From contig JAAXZE010000030.1 in assembly GCA_012720075.1 (NCBI GenBank), forward strand, positions 24,734-88,733: a DNA stretch of 64,000 nucleotides, in the 5' to 3' direction. This stretch comes from Clostridia bacterium (lineage in GTDB: Bacteria > Bacillota > Peptococcia > Peptococcales > BICA1-8). The notes beneath the pieces are model-generated. The model did no database searches, was not told where the DNA came from, and saw nothing but the letters and a program-made list of their open reading frames with translations. The translations under genes were made by a program, and so were the position numbers. Position 1 is the stretch's first letter, and each line of letters begins with the position of its first letter. Positions 1-11,184 of this stretch are shown in pieces.

Positions 1-905
1 GGGCCTGGGCCGGCCAAATTGCTGCCCTGGCCGGACAAGTGATAAATATTACCCCCGATAAGGGCGTATTGGTGATTTTTAACCATCGCATCACCAACCG
101 GGTTTTGAATCATTTGCGTCCTCCCGGTGACGGCGATATTTTTGTGCCCCACGGCAGTGTGACCGTTTTCGGCACAACTTCCAAAATGACGGATAATCCT
201 GAGGATAATGAAGCCAGCCGGGAAGAAGTTTTAGCCCTTTTGGACGAGGGAACCCATTTAATACCGGAATTAAAAGATATACGCCTGATCAGGGCTTTTG
301 CCGGGGTGCGGCCCCTTTATCAACCTGATGGCGGGGAAGTGGGAAGAGAGGCTACCCGTGATTTTTCCATCATCGACCATCAGGCCCTGACCGGGCTGGA
401 AGGCATGATTTCCGTAGTGGGGGGCAAGCTGACAACCTACCGGCTGATGGCTAAGGCCGCTGTTGATAAGGTTGCGCCCTTTTTAGGCAATGATAAACCT
501 TGTATTACCCATAAGGAAAGGATTTATGCGCCTGTACCCAAAAATACGGGAAAGGATGCCCACTACCTTTGTCAGTGTGAAAGGGTAACCAAAAAAATGC
601 TGGACCAGGCCGTGCAAAACAAAGAGCGGTTTTCCCTAAGTGATGTACGGCGATTGACCCGTCTGGGTATGGGTCCCTGCCAAGGCACTTTCTGTACCTT
701 TAGAGCCGGAGCCTATTACCATGAAACTCGGGGTTTAAGCCCGGAGGCAGCCAATAAACTTTTGAAGGACCATATTGAGGAACGGTGGAAAGGAAGCAAA
801 GCCATCCTTTGGGGACAACAAGCCCAGGAAGCCCAGCTTACCCGGGGTATCTATCTGGGGCTACTGAATTTGGAACGATTGGACAGTGATAGCCATGAAA
901 TATGA
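1..905 (+). CDS. glpA: anaerobic glycerol-3-phosphate dehydrogenase subunit A, C-terminal part (5' end outside window)
   Basis: Frame is open from base 3 to the stop at 903-905. GlpA-like core (PHGSVTVFGTTS, VGGKLTTYR) plus Cys-rich C-terminal segment (CQCERVT...GMGPCQGTFC). Followed by glpB and glpC. Confidence 0.8.
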   Translation, partial: AWAGQIAALAGQVINITPDKGVLVIFNHRITNRVLNHLRPPGDGDIFVPHGSVTVFGTTSKMTDNPEDNEASREEVLALLDEGTHLIPELKDIRLIRAFAGVRPLYQPDGGEVGREATRDFSIIDHQALTGLEGMISVVGGKLTTYRLMAKAAVDKVAPFLGNDKPCITHKERIYAPVPKNTGKDAHYLCQCERVTKKMLDQAVQNKERFSLSDVRRLTRLGMGPCQGTFCTFRAGAYYHETRGLSPEAANKLLKDHIEERWKGSKAILWGQQAQEAQLTRGIYLGLLNLERLDSDSHEI

Positions 906-2163
906 TGTAGTAGTAATCGGAGCAGGCTTAGCCGGATTTAGTTCTGCCTTGGCTGCCGTAGAACTGGGGAAAAAGGTTATTGTGGTGGCAAAAGGCCTGG
1001 GTAACCTTTATTCGTCTTCGGGTTATATTGACTTTTTAGGCTATTATCCCACCACCACCTCCTGGCCTGTTACAAATCCCCTGCAGGCTTTGGAAGGGCT
1101 TGTTTCCGAAAATCCGGAACACCCCTATGCTAAAGTGGGAAAAGAGAGTATTATTCGGTCCGTTAATGCTTTTCTCAAAGCCAGTGGGGAGATGGGGCTT
1201 TCTTATGCCGGTTCCCTGGATTCCAATCTTCTGATGCCCACTGCTGCCGGAGCCTTGTCCCCTACCTCCCTTTACCCCGGCGCTAACGGCAAAGATGTGA
1301 AAAAGGCCCGGGAGATGGTAGTTGTTGGTATTAAAGAATTGATTGACTTTTATCCTCTAATTGTAGCCCAAAACTTAGAAAGACAATTAGGGAAAAAAGT
1401 TGAAGCCCTTTGGGTAGAGTTAGGCCTTGATTTAGGCCGGGAATTAAACAGCTATGACCTGGCTTTAACTCTGGAACAAGAAAAAAATGTCATTGGATTA
1501 ATAAATAAACTTAAAAGTTGGGGCGTAAAAGACAAACTTGTGCTTATTCCGGCTGTTTTGGGTATTAAAGACTGGCAACAGGTAATTAATAGGCTGGAAA
1601 GCCAGCTTGAGTGCCAGGTTATGGAGATCCCCACTCTTCCTCCTTCGGTAATGGGGTATCGTCTGGCCCAGAGTTTTATGCACTACCTTAAGAAAAAAGG
1701 GGTTGAGTTTATTATCGGTCACCCCGTTGTCCATGTGGATTGCCGGGCGGGCCGATGCAGAGAAATAGCCATTGAAACGGCTGCCCATAGGCTGAAAAAA
1801 ATTGCCGGAGAGGCTTTTTGCCTGGCTACCGGCGGTATCTTGGGCGAGGGGCTCCAGGTCTTTCCCAAAGGCATTAGGGAAGTTGTTTTTAACCTTCCGG
1901 TAAAAACGGCGGAAACTCATTCCTTGGAGGATTTCTTCAGCCTGGAGGAACAGCCCTTGGCTTTGGCGGGGGTTATGACAAATGAGTTTTTGCAGCCGGT
2001 TGACGTTGAGACCGGAGAAGCGGCACTTACCAACGTCTTTGTTGCCGGGGCAACCTTAGCCGGATATGACCCCTTTTTGGAAAAGAGCGGCAATGGGGTG
2101 GCCCTTGCCACCGGTTATAGAGCGGGGCAATTAGCAGCGGGAGGGGGGAAGGTTAATGAGTAA
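895..2163 (+). CDS. glpB: anaerobic glycerol-3-phosphate dehydrogenase subunit B
   Basis: N-terminal FAD dinucleotide fold MKYDVVVIGAGLAG. Sits between glpA and glpC and overlaps both. ATG 895 preferred over the ORF-track GTG 886. Confidence 0.75.
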   Translation: MKYDVVVIGAGLAGFSSALAAVELGKKVIVVAKGLGNLYSSSGYIDFLGYYPTTTSWPVTNPLQALEGLVSENPEHPYAKVGKESIIRSVNAFLKASGEMGLSYAGSLDSNLLMPTAAGALSPTSLYPGANGKDVKKAREMVVVGIKELIDFYPLIVAQNLERQLGKKVEALWVELGLDLGRELNSYDLALTLEQEKNVIGLINKLKSWGVKDKLVLIPAVLGIKDWQQVINRLESQLECQVMEIPTLPPSVMGYRLAQSFMHYLKKKGVEFIIGHPVVHVDCRAGRCREIAIETAAHRLKKIAGEAFCLATGGILGEGLQVFPKGIREVVFNLPVKTAETHSLEDFFSLEEQPLALAGVMTNEFLQPVDVETGEAALTNVFVAGATLAGYDPFLEKSGNGVALATGYRAGQLAAGGGKVNE

Positions 2164-3346
2164 TGAAAAAGAACGGAATCTGGACTATTGTCTGAAATGC
2201 AGTACCTGCCATACCCAGTGTCCTGTCGTAAAAAGTCACTTACCTTTCCCCGGTCCCAAGCAAATGGGTCCCGAACTGGAACGGCTTCGTTTAGCCAGGG
2301 GCAATAAAGAGACTCTGGAAATTGATGAGGCGCTCAATTATTGTACCAATTGCAAACGCTGTGATCTGGCTTGTCCCCATGGTGTCAAACCTTCCTTTTA
2401 TAATTTGAAGAACAAAGGGAAATTGCAAAACAAATTTTTGATAAGATTTAGAGACTGGATTTTGGCTCATAATGTCTGGTGGAGTAAAATGGCCGGCAGG
2501 GTTCCTGCCCTAGCCAATTTAGCCTTGAGGCTTTCTTTAACTAAAAGGGCAATGGGGATGGTAGGCATTGCTGACCGGGATTTCCCCATTTATCGCAAAC
2601 ATCCTATTAAAATAAGTAAAGCGGTGCGGGATAAAAAGGCCTTATATTATGCCGGCTGTTATGCCTCCTATAATGAGCCTCAAATCATTCAGGCCGCCGT
2701 TAATATACTGGAGTCCTGCGGTTATCAAGTGGAATTGGCCCCGGTAGCCTGCTGCGGTACTCCCATGGTCAGCAACGGACTTTGGGATGAAACGGCCCGA
2801 TTAGCCGGGAAGAATACCGATATTTTCTTAAAATATATCGAGCAGGGCTATAAAATTGTTACCACCTGCCCCAGCTGCGGTTTGGCCCTCAAGGAGGAAT
2901 ATGAGCAAATTATCCCCGGGGAAAAATCCAAAATCCTTAAAGCCAATGTCTGGGAGTTGTTTGAACTTTTGGAGGAAGAGGATAATTTGCCCTTTGAACC
3001 TGCTGAAAAATTGGCTGATAAAGCTTATTATCACGTTCCTTGCCATTTGAAGGCCCAGGGTATAGGAATTCCCGCTGCCAATCTCTTAAAGGATTTAGCC
3101 GTCGATGAACTGGTAGTCGATGACAATTATTGTTGCGGTATCTCGGGCACCTATGGCTTTAAGAAAGAAAAGTATCCTATAGCCATGGATATTGGCAAGC
3201 CGTTATTTGATGATATTAAAAAAAGCCGGGCAACATTAGTCATTTCCGACTGCGGGACATGTAAGCTGCAAATAGTCCACGGTACAGGAATAGAAGTCAA
3301 ACACCCGGCCGAAATATTGGCCCGGTATCTTAAAAAGGCACAGTAA
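2156..3346 (+). CDS. glpC: anaerobic glycerol-3-phosphate dehydrogenase subunit C (Fe-S/CCG-domain protein)
   Basis: Two 4Fe-4S motifs (CLKCSTCHTQCP, CTNCKRCDLACP) and two Cys-rich CCG-type halves. GGGGGAAGG RBS. Confidence 0.85.
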   Translation: MSNEKERNLDYCLKCSTCHTQCPVVKSHLPFPGPKQMGPELERLRLARGNKETLEIDEALNYCTNCKRCDLACPHGVKPSFYNLKNKGKLQNKFLIRFRDWILAHNVWWSKMAGRVPALANLALRLSLTKRAMGMVGIADRDFPIYRKHPIKISKAVRDKKALYYAGCYASYNEPQIIQAAVNILESCGYQVELAPVACCGTPMVSNGLWDETARLAGKNTDIFLKYIEQGYKIVTTCPSCGLALKEEYEQIIPGEKSKILKANVWELFELLEEEDNLPFEPAEKLADKAYYHVPCHLKAQGIGIPAANLLKDLAVDELVVDDNYCCGISGTYGFKKEKYPIAMDIGKPLFDDIKKSRATLVISDCGTCKLQIVHGTGIEVKHPAEILARYLKKAQ

Positions 3347-3364
3347 CTGCTGTGCCTTTTTTTA
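3337..3364 (+). terminator. intrinsic terminator after glpC
   Basis: Stem GGCACAG/CTGTGCC, 6-nt loop, then TTTTTTTA. Overlaps the stop codon. Confidence 0.8.
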
Positions 3365-3409
3365 TGGTTTTTTCAACGGGTTATTCCCGATTTTTTGCAA
3401 TAATTTTTA

Positions 3410-3438
3410 TTGAACTTTTTGGTATTTTATGTTATCAT
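3410..3438 (+). promoter_or_regulatory. sigma-A-type promoter for the his operon
   Basis: TTGAAC, 17 nt, TATCAT. Lies 55 nt upstream of the hisZ ATG. Confidence 0.6.
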
Positions 3439-3493
3439 CTAACTAATATAATAACACTTTAATATGATAAATTATTAAACGGAGTGGGTACAT

Positions 3494-4498
3494 ATGCCTG
3501 TCAATTTCGAAAAACCCATTGGTACAGGTGATGTTTTACCGGAAAAGCTTAAATTAATCAAAAAAGTATCCTTTGATATTAAAGAAATTCTGGAGCGGTG
3601 GGGATATGAGGAAATAGATACGCCTCTTATTGAGTATCAAAAGACCGTAGGCCTTTTTTCGAAAATTCCTGATGAAAAGCTGATAAAATTCTTGGATCCC
3701 CTGGGTAATACGGTAATCTTAAGGCCGGACTTTACTACACCCATTGCCAGGTTTGTAGCTTCCACTTATAAGGATGTGGAGTTTCCAATAAGGCTCATGT
3801 ATCAGGGCAAGGTTTATACCAATTTGGGCCGCAGGGGAATCAACGAAAAGAATCAGATAGGGCTGGAACTGATTGGTTTATCTTCTTTGGAAGGGGATGC
3901 GGAAGTAATCAGCTTGGCAGTCCAGATTTTTCTAAAGACCACGGGGACCCGGTTTAAGGTTGCGGTAGGGCATACAAATTTTTTGCGACTCCTTTTAAAA
4001 GAGGTAGGATGTGAATTTTCTGTTTATGAGAATTTATCCCAAGCTTTACTGGAACGCGATTATGTAGCTTATAGAAATCTGGTAAATAACCTTGAATTAA
4101 GTGAATTTTTAAAAGACCGTCTATTAAGAATATTAAAAATGCGAGGCAGTCTGGAGAGTATCTGGGAGGGGAGAAGCTGGTTTGACTCCTTAAAATGGCA
4201 GTCGGTTTTTAAGGAGTTCTCCGGGTTGTGGGCCATACTTGGAAAATATCAGGCTACTGATTATGTTAATTTTGATTTAAGTCTGATGGGGCAACAAAAT
4301 TATTACACCGGCATGATTTATCACGTTTACTGCGAGGGTCATCCTCGGCCTGTTTGTTCCGGAGGAAGATATGATAACCTTTTGGAAAATTTCGGTCGTC
4401 CCGGCCCGGCAACCGGGATGGCCGTAAATCTGGATGACCTTCTGGCAGTAATAATAAAGGGAAAGGGAGTAAGTAATGTTAACGATAGCCATTCCTAA
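3494..4498 (+). CDS. hisZ: ATP phosphoribosyltransferase regulatory subunit
   Basis: 334-aa HisRS-like protein overlapping a short-form hisG by 23 nt. RBS GGAGTGGG. Confidence 0.8.
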   Translation: MPVNFEKPIGTGDVLPEKLKLIKKVSFDIKEILERWGYEEIDTPLIEYQKTVGLFSKIPDEKLIKFLDPLGNTVILRPDFTTPIARFVASTYKDVEFPIRLMYQGKVYTNLGRRGINEKNQIGLELIGLSSLEGDAEVISLAVQIFLKTTGTRFKVAVGHTNFLRLLLKEVGCEFSVYENLSQALLERDYVAYRNLVNNLELSEFLKDRLLRILKMRGSLESIWEGRSWFDSLKWQSVFKEFSGLWAILGKYQATDYVNFDLSLMGQQNYYTGMIYHVYCEGHPRPVCSGGRYDNLLENFGRPGPATGMAVNLDDLLAVIIKGKGVSNVNDSHS

Positions 4499-5096
4499 AG
4501 GGAGAATTTTGGAAGAAGCCAATGAACTGTTAATATGTTCCGGAATTATTAAAAACTCCGTCAAAGAAAGCCGAAAATTGGTTATCGAAAGTCCGGAAGA
4601 AAAAATTCGCTTTATCCTGGCTAAGCCCCTAGACGTACCCATATATGTAAGGTACGGAGTTGCCGATGTAGGCATTGTCGGAAAAGATGTTCTTCTGGAA
4701 GATAACGAGGGTTTGTATGAGGTGATGGATTTGGGGATAGGCGCCTGCCGCTTATCTATCTGTTCCCGGCCCGGCACGGTTTGTCAGCGGGGAGAATTGC
4801 CCAGGGTAGCCACCAAATACCCCAAAACATCCTTGAGATACTTTTGGGAAAAAGGAGAACAGGTAGAAATAATTAAACTTAACGGTTCTGTTGAATTAGC
4901 CCCCCTCCTTGGTTTAAGTCATTATATTGTGGATATAGTTTCTACCGGACGGACTTTAAAAGAAAATGGATTGGTAGAGCTGGAAGTAATTGAGGAGATC
5001 ACTTGCAGGCTGATAGTGAATCAGGCAACATTTCATTTGAAAAATACCGTTATTGAAGATTTAATTGAAAGATTAGAAGCGGGTGTAAAGGTATGA
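4476..5096 (+). CDS. hisG: ATP phosphoribosyltransferase, short form
   Basis: 206 aa. [11 protein letters not shown]-terminus and [10 protein letters not shown] motif. Confidence 0.9.
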   Translation: MLTIAIPKGRILEEANELLICSGIIKNSVKESRKLVIESPEEKIRFILAKPLDVPIYVRYGVADVGIVGKDVLLEDNEGLYEVMDLGIGACRLSICSRPGTVCQRGELPRVATKYPKTSLRYFWEKGEQVEIIKLNGSVELAPLLGLSHYIVDIVSTGRTLKENGLVELEVIEEITCRLIVNQATFHLKNTVIEDLIERLEAGVKV

Positions 5097-5695
5097 TTGG
5101 CATTATTGATTGCGGTGCAGGAAATATCTTTAGCCTTCAGGCGGCTTTTGAAAGGCTGGGAACCAGCCATAGGCTGATAACAAAAAGAGCGGATGTTTTA
5201 GATTTGCGGGCTTTGGTTTTGCCCGGCGTAGGCGCCTTTGGTGATGCTATTCATAGTTTAAAAGCAAATGGGATGGATGAGGTTATTTTGGAATGGATAG
5301 GCTGGGGGAAACCCCTCTTGGGCATTTGCCTGGGAATGCAGCTCTTATTTGAAAAAAGCGAGGAACATGGAGTTCATGAGGGGCTGAAAATTCTGCCTGG
5401 AACCATTAGAAAAATTACCGGTCCGGTTAAGGTGCCCCATATGGGATGGAACCGGTTGAATATTAGGCAAAGCCATACACTCTTTCAGGATTTTACAGAA
5501 GGTTATGTCTATTTCGTCCATTCCTACTATGCTGCTACCATCCCGGAGGTAATTTTGGCAACCACAAAATATAGTGAGGAGATGCCGGTTATTGTGGGCA
5601 AAGATAATGTTTTGGGCATGCAGTTTCATCCGGAGAAAAGCGGTCCCGTCGGAATGAGATTGTTAAGCAATTGGCTTAAGTTGGTAGAAGGATGA
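5093..5695 (+). CDS. hisH: imidazole glycerol phosphate synthase, glutaminase subunit
   Basis: GICLGMQ nucleophile elbow and FHPEKS motif. 200 aa. Confidence 0.9.
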   Translation: MIGIIDCGAGNIFSLQAAFERLGTSHRLITKRADVLDLRALVLPGVGAFGDAIHSLKANGMDEVILEWIGWGKPLLGICLGMQLLFEKSEEHGVHEGLKILPGTIRKITGPVKVPHMGWNRLNIRQSHTLFQDFTEGYVYFVHSYYAATIPEVILATTKYSEEMPVIVGKDNVLGMQFHPEKSGPVGMRLLSNWLKLVEG

Positions 5696-5720
5696 CGGTT
5701 AAGGTTAAAGGGGGTATATT

Positions 5721-6458
5721 ATGTCTTTTACAATCTATCCTGCCGTCGATATCAAAGACGGTAAATGTGTTCGGCTTTTTCAAGGAGATTATAACCTGGA
5801 AAGCAGATATTTTGAAAATCCCCTGGAAGCGGCGGAAAAATGGTGCCAAGGGGGGGCCCGTTGGCTGCATATTGTTGATTTGGATGGCGCCAAAACAGGC
5901 AAACCGGATAATATGGATTTAATCAGAGAAATCCTGGCTAGATTTAAAATAAACATTCAGGTCGGGGGCGGCATAAGAAATTTAGAAACCGTTGAGTCCT
6001 ACCTTAAAAGTGGGGCGGCCAGGGTCATTATCGGCTCTCAGGCTTTAAAGGATATTAAATTTGTGGAGGAACTGCTGGCCCTTTACGGAGCAGAGAAAAT
6101 TGTAGTTTCTTTAGACGGCAGAAGTAACCAGGTTTTTAGTGACGGTTGGTTAAAGGATACCGGTGATAATTTGTTCAGCATGGCCCGGAAATTAACCATG
6201 GCCGGAGTTAAGCGGTTTATTTACACCGATATAGAAAAGGACGGCACCTTAACCGGCCCCAATATTACCCAGGCTTTGAACCTGGCTGCTTTCACCAATC
6301 AAGAAATCATAGTTGCCGGGGGAATTAGTGATATTAACGATGTTTTGGCCTTGGCCAGATATTACAATTTGGGTATCAGAGGGGCTGTTATCGGTCGAGC
6401 TCTTTATACCGGCGATATAAACCTGCAGTCTTTAATTTCTCAGCTGGGGAGTGCTTAA
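5721..6458 (+). CDS. hisA: ProFAR isomerase
   Basis: [16 protein letters not shown]-terminus and GGGIR motif. 245 aa. Confidence 0.9.
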   Translation: MSFTIYPAVDIKDGKCVRLFQGDYNLESRYFENPLEAAEKWCQGGARWLHIVDLDGAKTGKPDNMDLIREILARFKINIQVGGGIRNLETVESYLKSGAARVIIGSQALKDIKFVEELLALYGAEKIVVSLDGRSNQVFSDGWLKDTGDNLFSMARKLTMAGVKRFIYTDIEKDGTLTGPNITQALNLAAFTNQEIIVAGGISDINDVLALARYYNLGIRGAVIGRALYTGDINLQSLISQLGSA

Positions 6459-7228
6459 TGATGTTAACCAAAAGGATTATTCCCTGTCTGGATGTCAAAG
6501 AAGGAAGGGTTGTCAAAGGAGTAAGTTTCGCCAATCTCAGGGATGCCGGTGACCCTGTGGCTCTGGCAGCTTATTATGACCTCGGCGGTGCTGATGAATT
6601 GGTGTTTCTTGATATTTCAGCCAGCATCGAAGGCCGAAAAACCATGCTGGAGATTGTCAAAAGAACGGCCCAAGCTATCAGCATTCCTTTTACCGTCGGC
6701 GGGGGAATCAACAGTACGGAAGATATGAAAAAGGTCCTGCGGTCCGGAGCCGATAAAGTAAGCTTAAATACCGCCGCCGTTCATAAACCCCGGCTTATTA
6801 CGGAAGGGGCTCATATCTTTGGCAACCAGTGTATTGTAGTTGCTATTGACGCCAAATTCAATGATGCTTGGGGACCCTGGGAAGGTTATACCCACGGCGG
6901 TACACGCCCTACCGGGCTTAGAGTGCTGGACTGGGCTTGTGAAGCCGTTGAGAGAGGAGCCGGAGAAATCCTTTTAACCAGTATGGATTGTGACGGCCAT
7001 AAAAAAGGCTTTGATTTGGAACTGACCAGAGCTGTAGGAAAAATGGTGCCGGTGCCGGTGATTGCATCCGGTGGTGCCGGTGCTAAAGAGGATTTTCTGG
7101 AGGTTTTCCAAGAAGCCGGTGCTGATGCTGCCCTGGCGGCTTCCATTTTTCATTATCAGGAAACATCCATAAAAGAGATAAAAAGGTATTTGAAAGACAG
7201 GGGGGTACCGGTAAGATGGATAGATTAA
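6458..7228 (+). CDS. hisF: imidazole glycerol phosphate synthase, cyclase subunit
   Basis: [27 protein letters not shown] and ASGGAG motifs. Confidence 0.95.
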   Translation: MMLTKRIIPCLDVKEGRVVKGVSFANLRDAGDPVALAAYYDLGGADELVFLDISASIEGRKTMLEIVKRTAQAISIPFTVGGGINSTEDMKKVLRSGADKVSLNTAAVHKPRLITEGAHIFGNQCIVVAIDAKFNDAWGPWEGYTHGGTRPTGLRVLDWACEAVERGAGEILLTSMDCDGHKKGFDLELTRAVGKMVPVPVIASGGAGAKEDFLEVFQEAGADAALAASIFHYQETSIKEIKRYLKDRGVPVRWID

Positions 7229-7818
7229 AAACAGCGGAAATCAACTGGAACACAGAAGGCTTAATTCCTGCAGTGATCCAGGATTATCTGACGGGTCAGG
7301 TATTGATGGTAGCCTATATGGATGAAGAAGCTCTGCAAAGGACCGTGGAGACGGGAGAAACATGGTTTTGGAGCAGGTCCCGGAAGGAACTTTGGCATAA
7401 AGGCTCCACTTCAGGAAATATTCAAAAGGTAATCAATGTTGGGCTGGATTGCGACCGGGACACCTTATTGATTGAAGTGGAACCCCGGGGGCCGGCCTGT
7501 CACTTGGGTACTGACAGTTGTTTTAACGAAGACAGCAGCACATTTCTGGATTCTTTACAAAGAGTAATAAAAGAGAGAAAACAAGAAAGGCCCGAAGGTT
7601 CGTATACTGCTTATCTTTTTGAGCGGGGACTGGACAAAATCCTCAAAAAGGTAGGGGAAGAAGCGGCAGAGGTTATTATCGCCGCCAAAAATCCAGACCC
7701 CAAGGAATTAATCAGAGAATCTGCCGATCTGCTTTATCATTTGCTGGTTCTCTTGGAAGAGCGGCAAATTGCTTTTCGGGATGTTCTCGGTGAATTAAAG
7801 GACAGAAGAAACCGCTGA
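7216..7818 (+). CDS. hisI: bifunctional phosphoribosyl-AMP cyclohydrolase / phosphoribosyl-ATP pyrophosphatase
   Basis: N-terminal HisI ([23 protein letters not shown]) fused to C-terminal HisE ([17 protein letters not shown]). Confidence 0.9.
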   Translation: MDRLKTAEINWNTEGLIPAVIQDYLTGQVLMVAYMDEEALQRTVETGETWFWSRSRKELWHKGSTSGNIQKVINVGLDCDRDTLLIEVEPRGPACHLGTDSCFNEDSSTFLDSLQRVIKERKQERPEGSYTAYLFERGLDKILKKVGEEAAEVIIAAKNPDPKELIRESADLLYHLLVLLEERQIAFRDVLGELKDRRNR

Positions 7819-7879
7819 TTGACGGGAATTAATTGTTGTTGAGTTAAATTGGAAGTATTGGGGAAGGGATGATTGATAA

Positions 7880-9169
7880 ATGAAGATATATAGATGGACC
7901 CAAATGAGTGAGAGAGAGAAAGAACGGTTGCTTAGAAGGGCTGAATTGGATATCAGCCAACAAATGCCGGTAGTCCTGAACATTATTGATGAGGTCAAAA
8001 AAGGCGGAGATAAAGCTCTTTGTAGGTTCACGCAGCAATTTGATCAGGTTTCTTTGACCCCTGAAAACCTTAAGGTCACTGCAGAGGAAATTGACAAGGG
8101 GTACGAAAGGGTAAGCGAAGCTTTTCAACAAACTCTCCGGTTTGCCGCTAATAATATAAGGAAGTTTCACGCCCAACAGATGCCCAAACCCCTTTGGTTT
8201 ACTGAAACAGCCCCAGGGGTAATGGTCGGGGAACAAACTAACCCTATTCCTGACGTATGCATCTATGTTCCCCGGGGAAAAGGCAGTTTTCCTTCGGTAC
8301 TTTTAATGCTGGCCATACCGGCTGTGGTGGCCGGTGTTCCCCGGGTGGTAGTGGTGACCCCGCCCAACTCAGACGGCAATTTGGACGATGCTGTATTGGC
8401 GGCGGCTAAAGTTGCCGGAATCTCTGAAATTTATAAGGTAGGGGGTGCCCAGGCGGTAGCTGCCGTTGCTTATGGTACTGAGACCATACCTCGCTTAAGT
8501 AAAATCATTGGACCGGGAAATTCTTATGTCACGGCCGCTAAAAGAATATTGAACGGCGTCCTAGATGTAGGCCCTCCGGCGGGACCCAGTGAAGCAATCA
8601 TTCTGGCCGACGAAACGGCTCAACCCCAAAAAGTGGCTTTGGACTTAATGATTGAGGCTGAACACGGGCCCGATTCCGCCAGCTTGTTGGTAACCCATGT
8701 CTCTGCATTGGCCGAAAAAGTGCCGGCAATAATTGAAGAACAACTGGCTAAGCTTTCGGAAAAAAGAAAGAGCTTTGTCAGTACGGTTTTTAACAGCTAT
8801 GGGGGAATAATTTTAACCGAAAGCTTGGAGGAATCTATTGACGTTGTAAATCGTTACGGTCCGGAGCATATGGAGATTATGACCGGGGACCCCTGGGCTG
8901 TGTTACCCAAAATCAAAAATGCCGGGGAAATTTTATTAGGACAAAACACTCCTATCACTTTAGCCAACTTCCTTTTAGGACCTAATGCCATTTTGCCTAC
9001 CGGAGGCTTTGCCAGGACATATTCCAGTGTTTCGGTTTTTGACTTTTTAAAACGTTCTTCGGTAGGTTATGTAACTGAAACGGGCTTTCAAAAACTTAAA
9101 GATATGGCTGCCCTTTTTGCTCGGCAGGAAGGTTTTGAAACCCATGCCTTAGCTGTGGAAGAAAGATGA
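7880..9169 (+). CDS. hisD: histidinol dehydrogenase
   Basis: 429 aa. GPGNSYVTAAK and IEAEHGPDS motifs. Confidence 0.9.
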   Translation: MKIYRWTQMSEREKERLLRRAELDISQQMPVVLNIIDEVKKGGDKALCRFTQQFDQVSLTPENLKVTAEEIDKGYERVSEAFQQTLRFAANNIRKFHAQQMPKPLWFTETAPGVMVGEQTNPIPDVCIYVPRGKGSFPSVLLMLAIPAVVAGVPRVVVVTPPNSDGNLDDAVLAAAKVAGISEIYKVGGAQAVAAVAYGTETIPRLSKIIGPGNSYVTAAKRILNGVLDVGPPAGPSEAIILADETAQPQKVALDLMIEAEHGPDSASLLVTHVSALAEKVPAIIEEQLAKLSEKRKSFVSTVFNSYGGIILTESLEESIDVVNRYGPEHMEIMTGDPWAVLPKIKNAGEILLGQNTPITLANFLLGPNAILPTGGFARTYSSVSVFDFLKRSSVGYVTETGFQKLKDMAALFARQEGFETHALAVEER

Positions 9170-9235
9170 GCTTTTTGGTTGGGCGGTAAAAAAGTCAGGC
9201 CAAAAGGCTACATACTAGTTAAAATGGAGGTTATT

Positions 9236-9871
9236 ATGCAAGTAAAAGTTAAAAGACAAACGGCGGAAACCAGGACGATTGTTATTCTGGATGACGGGCC
9301 CCGGGACCCCGAAGCTAAGAAAAAGCTTAAGACTCCCCTGGAATTTTTAAATCACATGCTGGAGCATATTGCCTGGCGCAGCGAGTTAAATATTGCCGTC
9401 GAAGTGGAGATGGACCACTTTTCTTTAAATCACCTGGTTGGAGAAGATGTTGGGATAACTTTGGGTCGGGCCTTTAAAGAGCTTTTAGAGCGAAGATTGG
9501 AACAGGGAGGTACCGGTTATGGTTTTGCCCTGGCCGCTATAGATGATTCGTTAGCCCGGGCCGTTGTCAGTTTTGAGGGGAGAGCTTATCTGGATCTTAA
9601 TTTCAACAACATTATTGTCCCAATGGCAACGGAAGGAGTAAACTCCGAGGATCTGGTGGCTTTTTGGGAAGGCTTTGTCCAGGGTGCTCAGGCTACTTTA
9701 CATCTGGATCTCCTTAAAGGGCGGGACAATCATGGCCATCATCATTGGGAAAGCCTTTTCAGGGCTGCCGGTCAAGCCTTAAGGGATGCCTTAAACATTC
9801 GCCCCTGGCGAAAAGACATGACGGCCGGAGTGGCCGGCAGGATTAATTTTTCCGTTGAAGTAAATCCATAA
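9236..9871 (+). CDS. hisB: imidazoleglycerol-phosphate dehydratase, divergent
   Basis: FLNHMLEH and NHGHHHWESLFRA resemble IGPD metal motifs, but the usual D-x-HH-x-x-ED reads LNHLVGED. ATG 9236 lies 5 nt after GGAGG. The ORF-track start 9179 looks too long. Confidence 0.65.
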   Translation: MQVKVKRQTAETRTIVILDDGPRDPEAKKKLKTPLEFLNHMLEHIAWRSELNIAVEVEMDHFSLNHLVGEDVGITLGRAFKELLERRLEQGGTGYGFALAAIDDSLARAVVSFEGRAYLDLNFNNIIVPMATEGVNSEDLVAFWEGFVQGAQATLHLDLLKGRDNHGHHHWESLFRAAGQALRDALNIRPWRKDMTAGVAGRINFSVEVNP

Positions 9872-10031
9872 ATGTCCGCAGGCTTTCCAAACTTTAGCCA
9901 ATTTAGACAATGATAAACCCATTTATTTTAAAAATGAAGCAAATGAACCCATGCAAAACCTGCCAAAACTTCTAATCATACCATTTTTTGTCAATAATAT
10001 AAGAAGAAATAATTACTTTGGAGGTTTTGTT

Positions 10032-10379
10032 ATGGAATACATGTTTTTTCTTATCTCCGTAATTACCATTTTCGGAGGGTTTAGTGTAGCCATTCTGGCC
10101 ATAGTAAGCGACCACAAGCAGAAAATGCTTTTAATTGAAAAAGGCTTAATCGAACAAAAGAAGACTTTGCCGGGGTTGCGCAGCGGACTGCTTTTTAGCT
10201 TTTTGGGCACTGTTTTTCTGCTTGTTTTCTGGGAATGGCGGAGTATGCTGGGAACAATTCCCTGGTATTCTGTGGGCGGTATCTTAATGGCTTTTGGACT
10301 GGCCCAACTTGGTTATTTTATCGTCTTAAAAAGAGAAGGCAGAAAATCCGGTAAAGAGCGGCCGGCATCAACTTTTTGA
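10032..10379 (+). CDS. small membrane protein, unknown function
   Basis: Three hydrophobic helices. GGAGG RBS before ATG 10032. Terminator follows. Confidence 0.5.
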   Translation: MEYMFFLISVITIFGGFSVAILAIVSDHKQKMLLIEKGLIEQKKTLPGLRSGLLFSFLGTVFLLVFWEWRSMLGTIPWYSVGGILMAFGLAQLGYFIVLKREGRKSGKERPASTF

Positions 10380-10401
10380 AAAATTTTGGGATAATAAGCT
10401 A

Positions 10402-10434
10402 AAACTATGCTTAGTCAGGCATAGTTTTTTTTTA
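10402..10434 (+). terminator. intrinsic terminator
   Basis: Stem AAACTATGC/GCATAGTTT, 8-nt loop, long T-run. Confidence 0.75.
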
Positions 10435-10480
10435 TTTACAAATAATATTTTAAAAATTAGCAAGGAGAGGAGGTAATATT

Positions 10481-11170
10481 TTGCGGGATAAGCTGCTGGT
10501 AAAAACTCTCACTGTTGTCTTACTTTTAACAATTTTCATCGTAATGGCGGGGATGGATTTTTTCAGCGTAATAGACAATAGAACTTTGCTATATGGTACA
10601 ACAGGGCAGGATGTGCAGGAACTCCAAATTAAATTGAAAGATCTGGGCTATTACACAGGGGAAGCCGATGGTATATTTGATCTTGAAACCCATAGTGCGG
10701 TGAAATGGTTTCAGAAAAGGTTTTGTCTTCGCAATGACGGAGTAGTTGATACTTTAACCTGGGCTATGTTAAATATTATTGGCCCGGGACAGGCCTTTGC
10801 CCAAAACAGCACAACCAGCAGTAATGATGTATATATATTGGCCAAGATGATTACCGGGGAAGCCCGAGGTGAGCCATACATAGGACAGGTTGCGGTAGGG
10901 GCGGTAATAATGAACCGGGTTAAGAGTTCCAAATTTCCTAACAGTGTTTATGCTGTCTGCTTTCAGCCGGGCGCTTTTGACGCCGTAAGAGACGGCCAGT
11001 ATTATTTGCCTCCTACTTCCACAGCCCTAAAAGCAGCCAGGGCAGCCATCAGCGGTTGGGATCCTACCAATGGCGCTTTATATTATTGGAATCCTGCCAC
11101 CGCTACATCTAAATGGATTTGGTCCAGAAGAATCTTGTTGCGGATAGGCAAGCACGTTTTCGGTATATAG
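10481..11170 (+). CDS. sleB: spore cortex-lytic enzyme (PG-binding domain + SleB/CwlJ hydrolase domain)
   Basis: PG_binding_1-like segment (QELQIKLKDLGYYTGEADGIFD) and cell-wall hydrolase segment (GEARGEPYIGQVAVGAVIMNR). Followed by ypeB. Confidence 0.8.
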   Translation: MRDKLLVKTLTVVLLLTIFIVMAGMDFFSVIDNRTLLYGTTGQDVQELQIKLKDLGYYTGEADGIFDLETHSAVKWFQKRFCLRNDGVVDTLTWAMLNIIGPGQAFAQNSTTSSNDVYILAKMITGEARGEPYIGQVAVGAVIMNRVKSSKFPNSVYAVCFQPGAFDAVRDGQYYLPPTSTALKAARAAISGWDPTNGALYYWNPATATSKWIWSRRILLRIGKHVFGI

Positions 11171-11184
11171 GGGAGGAATAACCT

